51,524 bases of DNA from NCBI GenBank assembly GCA_038126555.1, contig JAYPFZ010000004.1, forward strand, positions 8,431-59,954, given 5' to 3'. The notes under the pieces were generated by a model. That model worked only from the letters and a program-made list of their open reading frames with translations. It had not been told where the DNA came from and ran no database searches. Positions 46,476-51,524 of the stretch are shown piece after piece. The DNA is from Betaproteobacteria bacterium. Lineage in GTDB: Bacteria; Pseudomonadota; Gammaproteobacteria; Burkholderiales; Burkholderiaceae_C. A program made the translations under genes and the position numbers. The number at the start of each line of letters is the position of its first letter. The first letter of the stretch is position 1.

Positions 46476-46912
46476 TGAAAGCTGTCGTCATTTACACGGA
46501 TGGGGCTTGCAAAGGCAACCCGGGCTTGGGCGGTTGGGGCGCCGTGCTGCAATCGGGCGAACACGTGAAAGAGCTCAAGGGCGGCGAGCGGGACACCACC
46601 AACAACCGCATGGAACTCACGGCGGTGATCCAAGCCTTGCAGGCATTGAAGCAGCCTTGCGACGTGACGGTGTATCTCGACAGCGAATACGTCCGCAAAG
46701 GCATCACCGAGTGGATTCAGGGCTGGAAGGCCAAAGGCTGGAAAACGGCCAGTAAACAGCCCGTAAAGAATGCGGATCTGTGGCGGCAATTGGACGATTT
46801 GGTGGCATCCTCTGGCCACCGCATCGATTGGCGCTGGGTCAAGGGTCACGCAGGAGACCCCGGCAACGAGCGTGCCGATGCATTGGCCAACGAAGGCACC
46901 CTGCTCGCCTGA
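46475..46912 (+). CDS. rnhA: Ribonuclease HI
   Basis: [33 protein letters not shown]; alternative GTG start at 46472. Confidence 0.97.
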   Translation: MKAVVIYTDGACKGNPGLGGWGAVLQSGEHVKELKGGERDTTNNRMELTAVIQALQALKQPCDVTVYLDSEYVRKGITEWIQGWKAKGWKTASKQPVKNADLWRQLDDLVASSGHRIDWRWVKGHAGDPGNERADALANEGTLLA

Positions 46913-46945
46913 TAAATTCGCACGTCGCTCTTCCCTGAGGTTTCC

Positions 46946-48289
46946 ATGGCAACCAAACACACGATTTCTTTGCTTTCTGTTGCAGCGCTGGTGGTCGCTG
47001 GATGGATGGGTTACAAAGCCTTGAATGCGCCGTCATCCTCGATGGCGGGTGCAACCGCTTCGGGTCAAGCTGCGACCAGCAAGCCAGCCGGTGCGCCACA
47101 GGGCAAGCCGGGCCAACCCGGTGCCGGCCAACCCGGTGCCAGCAAAGGCGGGCCGCCCCCCCGAGCCTTTGGTGTGGAGGTGGCCAAGGTGCAAACCAAG
47201 GCCTTGAAGAACGAGTTCCAAACGGTGGGCAACTTGCGCTCACGCCAAAACGCCATGATCAAACCAGAGATCGCAGGGCGGGTGGCGGCCTTGGGTTTTG
47301 CCGATGGCCAAGCCGTGCGGGCCGGCCAGTGGCTGGTTCAGCTCGACGACACCTTGCAGCGAGCCGAGGTGCAGCAAGCGCTGGCTCAGGTGTCCATCGC
47401 CAAAGCCAACTTCAAGCGCAACCAAGAATTGGTGGCTCAAAATTTTGTGGCCCAGCGCGTGCTGGAAGAGAGTGCCGCATCCTTGTCGGTGACGCAGGCC
47501 CAACTGGCGCTGGCCTGTGCCCGGTTGCAGCGCATGCGCATCGTTGCCCCCTTTGCGGGCGTGGTGGGCATTCGGTCCATCAACTTGGGTGATTACGTGA
47601 AAGACGGTGCGGACCTGGTCAACTTGGAAGACATTCACGCCCTCTATGTGGACTTCCGCTTGCCCGAGCGTCAAACCAGCGCCTTGTCCGTGGGACAAAT
47701 GGTTCAGGTCCAACTCGATGCCTTGCCCGGCCGCGTGGATCAAGCCAAGGTGGTGGCCATTGACCCCTTGATCGACGCCAACGGCCGCTTTTTGACCGTG
47801 CGAGCCATGCTTGAGAACCGGCCCAGTGGTCAAAGCCCAGCGGCTTTGAAGACCGTCATGGCCAAGCCTGCTCAAGCCCGACCTGCCAGCCCAGAGCTCG
47901 CACAATGCCCCAGCAACAGCACTTGGACGGCAGCCCCTTCGGCTTCGCCAACCGGCGCACCCGGGCCCTTGCGTCCTGGTATGTTTGCCCGAATCAATGT
48001 GGTGTTCTCAGAACGTCCTGACGCCCTGGTGGTGCCCGAAGCGGCCATCGTGCCGCAGGGCGGAAAGCAATTTGTGGTGTTGGCCATCAAGCCCGAATCC
48101 ACAGCTCAGCTGCCAGCTGGCACCGAGTTCATTTCCAAGCGCATTCCGGTCAAGTTGGGCATTCGTTCGCCCGGTGAAGTGGAAGTCACGGAAGGCCTTC
48201 AACCCAGCGATGTGGTGGTGATCGCGGGCCAGCAACGCCTCCAGCGCGATGGCACGCCCATGCGTGTGGTCGCGGTCGGCAAGCCCTGA
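46946..48289 (+). CDS. RND efflux periplasmic adaptor (MFP)
   Basis: N-terminal TM; lipoyl halves GRV..G..V..G and IVAPFAGVVG; LRPGMF; VPEAAI. Confidence 0.92.
   Translation: MATKHTISLLSVAALVVAGWMGYKALNAPSSSMAGATASGQAATSKPAGAPQGKPGQPGAGQPGASKGGPPPRAFGVEVAKVQTKALKNEFQTVGNLRSRQNAMIKPEIAGRVAALGFADGQAVRAGQWLVQLDDTLQRAEVQQALAQVSIAKANFKRNQELVAQNFVAQRVLEESAASLSVTQAQLALACARLQRMRIVAPFAGVVGIRSINLGDYVKDGADLVNLEDIHALYVDFRLPERQTSALSVGQMVQVQLDALPGRVDQAKVVAIDPLIDANGRFLTVRAMLENRPSGQSPAALKTVMAKPAQARPASPELAQCPSNSTWTAAPSASPTGAPGPLRPGMFARINVVFSERPDALVVPEAAIVPQGGKQFVVLAIKPESTAQLPAGTEFISKRIPVKLGIRSPGEVEVTEGLQPSDVVVIAGQQRLQRDGTPMRVVAVGKP
47111..47140 (+). repeat. Perfect 15-bp tandem duplication in the MFP linker
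   Basis: GGCCAACCCGGTGCC x2, encoding GQPGA x2. Confidence 0.85.
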
Positions 48290-48316
48290 TTCGGGCCGTT
48301 TGTCACAGGAGCCATC

Positions 48317-51300
48317 ATGCGTTTGTCTGAAATTTCGGTTCGACGTCCCGTCTTTGCCACCGTCTTGTCTTTGCTGATCGTGCTGATTGGCGCGGTGTCT
48401 TACACCCGTTTGTCGGTGCGCGAATACCCCAAGATTGACAACCCGGTGGTGACGGTCTCCACCAATTACAAAGGGGCTTCGAGCCAGGTGGTGGAGTCTC
48501 AGGTGACCAAAGTCCTGGAGGACTCGTTGGCCGGCATCGAAGGGGTGGACGTCATCACCTCCATCAGCCGCCAAGAGCTCAGCCAAATCACCATCTCCTT
48601 TGTGCTGACCCGAGACCCCGATTCAGCCGCTGCCGATGTGCGCGACAAAGTCTCCCGCGTTCGACAAAAACTGCCGGCCAGCATCGATGAACCAGTGATC
48701 GCCAAAGTCGAGGCCGATGCCTTCCCGGTGATTTGGCTGTCGATGAGCTCAGACACTTTGAACCCTTTGCAGATGAGTGAGCTGGCCAACCGGGTGGCCA
48801 AACCCATGCTGCAAACCGCGCCCGGTGCCTCCGATGTGCGCATCTACGGCGAGCGCAAATACTCCATGCGCATCTGGATCGATCCGGACCGCTTGGCTGC
48901 CTTCAAATTGACCACCCAAGACGTGGAAGACGCCTTGCGACGCAACAACTTGGAAGTGCCGGCAGGGCGAGTGGAGAGCCAGTCGCGTGAATTCAACGTG
49001 ACGGCCATGACCGATTTGCGCAGCACGGAAGAGTTTCGCCAAACCATCATCAAGTCTGTCAATGGCATGCCCATTCGACTGGGCGATGTGGCCAAGGTGG
49101 AAGAGTCGGCCGCTGCCGAGCGATCGCTCACCCGGCTCAATGGCCGCTCCTCGGTGGCCATGGGGGTCATTCGCAACGCCACAGCCAACCCCTTGGAGTT
49201 GAGTGAAGCCGTTCGGGCCATGATCCCGAAAATCAAATCCAATTTGCCGCCGTCCATCGACATCCAAATCGCCAACGACAACTCGGTGTTCATTGCCAAG
49301 TCCATCGAGGCGGTGTTTCACACCATCGGTGAAGCCGTGGTGCTGGTGGCCTTGGTGATTTTCATTTTTCTGCGCACGCTCAGGGCCTCGCTGATTCCCT
49401 TGGTGACCATCCCGGTTTGTTTGATTGGCACGTTTGCCATGCTGGCCTTGTTTGGCTTCAGCATCAACTCCCTCACCATGCTGGCTGCTGTTTTGGCCAT
49501 TGGCCTGGTGGTCGACGACTCCATCGTGGTGTTGGAAAACATCTACCGCAAGATCGAGGAGGGCATGAAGCCCTTTCAGGCCGCGATTCTGGGTTCGCGC
49601 GAAATTGGGTTTGCGGTGGTCTCCATGACCTTCACGCTGGTGGCGGTGTTTGCACCCTTGGCCTTCACGCCTGGCCGCACGGGCAAACTGTTTTCAGAGT
49701 TTGCTTTGGCGCTGGCGGGCGCGGTGCTCATCTCGGGTTTTGTGGCCCTGACCTTGTCGCCCATGATGTGCTCGATCATGCTCAAGCACAGCGACAAGCG
49801 CAGCTGGTTCGATGTGCACATGGAGCGCTGGCTTGAGGCCTTGGAGCGCGGGTATGGCCGAATGCTCTCGCTCACCCTGAGCTACCGGCTGATCATGGTG
49901 CTGGTGATGGTGGGGGCGGGTGCCGGTTCCTTCGCTTTGTTCAAGGCCAGCAAAAGTGAGTTGGCCCCCATTGAGGATCGCGGGGTGATTTTGGTGAGCC
50001 TCAACGGCCCCGATGGCGCCACGCTGGACTACACCCTGAAATATGCCCAAGCCGTAGAGAGCATTGGCCAGCGCATGGGCAATTTGTTCGACCGTATTTT
50101 TGTGGTGGCAGGCAACCCCACCGTGGCGCAAGGTGCGGTGTTTTTCCGTGCCCGACCCTGGGAAGAGCGTGACACGACGACCTTGCAGGCCGCGCGTCAA
50201 CTCACGCCAGCCATCACCAGCTTGCCGGGGGTGTCGGCCTTTCCCATCACCCCTCCTTCTTTGGGGCAAGGCTTTCGTGAGCGTCCGGTGAACTTCCTCA
50301 TCCTCACCTCCGACACCTACGAAAACCTCAACCAAGTGGTGCGCCAATTTTTAGCGGAAGTGGCCAAAAACCCCGGCATCGTGAGCGTCGACACCGACTT
50401 GCGCTTGAACAAGCCCGAGTTGTCGGTCATCGTCGATCGTGAACGGGCCGCCGACATGGGTGTTTCGGTTGAGGCCATTGCGCGTGCGGTGGAAACCATG
50501 ATGGGCGGTCGCAACGTGACCCGCTACAAACGCAATGGCGAGCAGTACGACGTCATCGTGCAAACCCAATCGGTCAATCGCAACACCCCCCAAGACATCG
50601 AGAAGATTTTTGTGCGCGGGCGTGGTGACGCCATGATTCCCTTGTCGTCGCTGTTGACCATTCAAGAGGTGGTGGTGCCCCGCGAACTCAACCACTTTGC
50701 GCAGCGTCGCAGTGCGTCCATCACGGCCAACATTGCGCCCGATTACTCTTTGGGCGAAGCGCTGGCGTTCCTGCAAACCACCGCCAACGCGGTGCTCAAA
50801 GAGGGCTACACCACCGACCTCAATGGCACGTCGCGAGAGTTTCGCAATTCATCGGGTTCATTGGGGCTGGTGTTCACCTTGGCCCTGGTGTTCATCTTTT
50901 TGGTGTTGGCCGCTCAGTTTGAGAGCTTCATCGATCCCTTGGTGATCTTGTTTTCCGTGCCCTTGTCCATGGTGGGTGCGCTGGCTGCGCTCAAGTGGTC
51001 GGGTGGCACCTTGAATGTGTTCAGTCAAATTGGCCTCATCACGCTGGTGGGCCTGATTTCCAAACACGGCATTTTGATTGTGGAGTTTTCCAACCAGCTT
51101 CGGGCCCAGGGCAAGGATGTGATGACGGCGGTGAAAGAGGCGGCCACTTTGCGCTTGCGCCCCATCCTCATGACCACTGGGGCCATGGTGCTGGGCGCCA
51201 TTCCCTTGGCCTTGGCCGAAGGGGCAGGCGCTGAAAGCCGCCGTCAGATCGGCTGGGTGATTGTGGGTGGCATGAGCCTGGGCACTTTGCTCACCATCTT

Positions 51301-51379
51301 TGTGGTGCCCACCATGTACACCTTGTTCGCTCGCAAGTCCACGCCAGGCGCCAAGACCCATGCGATTGACCCTCAGTGA
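48317..51379 (+). CDS. RND efflux permease (AcrB/AcrD/AcrF family)
   Basis: RRPVFA; GLVVDDSIVVLEN; SKHGILIVEF; RLRPILMT. Confidence 0.95.
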   Translation: MRLSEISVRRPVFATVLSLLIVLIGAVSYTRLSVREYPKIDNPVVTVSTNYKGASSQVVESQVTKVLEDSLAGIEGVDVITSISRQELSQITISFVLTRDPDSAAADVRDKVSRVRQKLPASIDEPVIAKVEADAFPVIWLSMSSDTLNPLQMSELANRVAKPMLQTAPGASDVRIYGERKYSMRIWIDPDRLAAFKLTTQDVEDALRRNNLEVPAGRVESQSREFNVTAMTDLRSTEEFRQTIIKSVNGMPIRLGDVAKVEESAAAERSLTRLNGRSSVAMGVIRNATANPLELSEAVRAMIPKIKSNLPPSIDIQIANDNSVFIAKSIEAVFHTIGEAVVLVALVIFIFLRTLRASLIPLVTIPVCLIGTFAMLALFGFSINSLTMLAAVLAIGLVVDDSIVVLENIYRKIEEGMKPFQAAILGSREIGFAVVSMTFTLVAVFAPLAFTPGRTGKLFSEFALALAGAVLISGFVALTLSPMMCSIMLKHSDKRSWFDVHMERWLEALERGYGRMLSLTLSYRLIMVLVMVGAGAGSFALFKASKSELAPIEDRGVILVSLNGPDGATLDYTLKYAQAVESIGQRMGNLFDRIFVVAGNPTVAQGAVFFRARPWEERDTTTLQAARQLTPAITSLPGVSAFPITPPSLGQGFRERPVNFLILTSDTYENLNQVVRQFLAEVAKNPGIVSVDTDLRLNKPELSVIVDRERAADMGVSVEAIARAVETMMGGRNVTRYKRNGEQYDVIVQTQSVNRNTPQDIEKIFVRGRGDAMIPLSSLLTIQEVVVPRELNHFAQRRSASITANIAPDYSLGEALAFLQTTANAVLKEGYTTDLNGTSREFRNSSGSLGLVFTLALVFIFLVLAAQFESFIDPLVILFSVPLSMVGALAALKWSGGTLNVFSQIGLITLVGLISKHGILIVEFSNQLRAQGKDVMTAVKEAATLRLRPILMTTGAMVLGAIPLALAEGAGAESRRQIGWVIVGGMSLGTLLTIFVVPTMYTLFARKSTPGAKTHAIDPQ

Positions 51380-51414
51380 TGGTTCATAATTTCCCCAACT
51401 GAAAAGGAGTTGGC

Positions 51415-51524
51415 ATGGGCTTTGTGGCCATTCTGGGCGTGTTGATTGGGAGCGTGATGGGCCTCACAGGGGCTGGGGGCGGCATCTTGGCGGTTCCGGT
51501 GTTGGTGGCTGGCATGCACTGGAC
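51415..51524 (+). CDS. Sulfite exporter TauE/SafE-family protein, 3'-truncated by window edge
   Basis: AGGAG RBS; translates MGFVAILGVLIGSVMGLTGAGGGILAVPVL (GxxGxGGG motif). Confidence 0.8.
   Translation, partial: MGFVAILGVLIGSVMGLTGAGGGILAVPVLVAGMHW

Overview
GC-rich betaproteobacterial chromosome segment. Gene content and protein sequences look Comamonadaceae-like, which is an inference. About 57 densely packed CDSs, one tRNA-Ala(CGC) and the SRP RNA (ffs). Left to right: ArnT-type glycosyltransferase + PAP2 phosphatase; Cys-poor Rrf2/IscR-like regulator; DUF2236 protein + orphan ParA; azlC/azlD; a flavin-monooxygenase/amidase catabolic region with a TetR regulator, interrupted by terC-tlpA/crp; tRNA-Ala; an uncharacterised three-gene envelope operon (Cys-domain periplasmic protein, Zn-ribbon coiled-coil tail-anchored protein, Zn-ribbon-2TM-PH/GRAM-like protein); NUDIX, FAH, maiA, pgeF; phaCAB; alaS, gabD, trmB, gluQRS, renalase-like oxidoreductase; LysR/pirin/flavodoxin; trhO; wHTH + stand-alone MASE1-like pair; secreted Cys-repeat protein; ffs/dnaX-ybaB-recR; NitT/TauT ABC transporter; mltD-gloB/methyltransferase-rnhA; RND pump; start of a TauE/SafE gene. 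No integrase, transposase or CRISPR array was seen. Best leads: the three-gene envelope operon, an A9 run in dnaX with stops in both shifted frames (candidate gamma/tau recoding site), the catabolic cluster, the wHTH/MASE1-like pair and several apparently leaderless genes. All family calls come from motif recognition by eye; no database searches were run.
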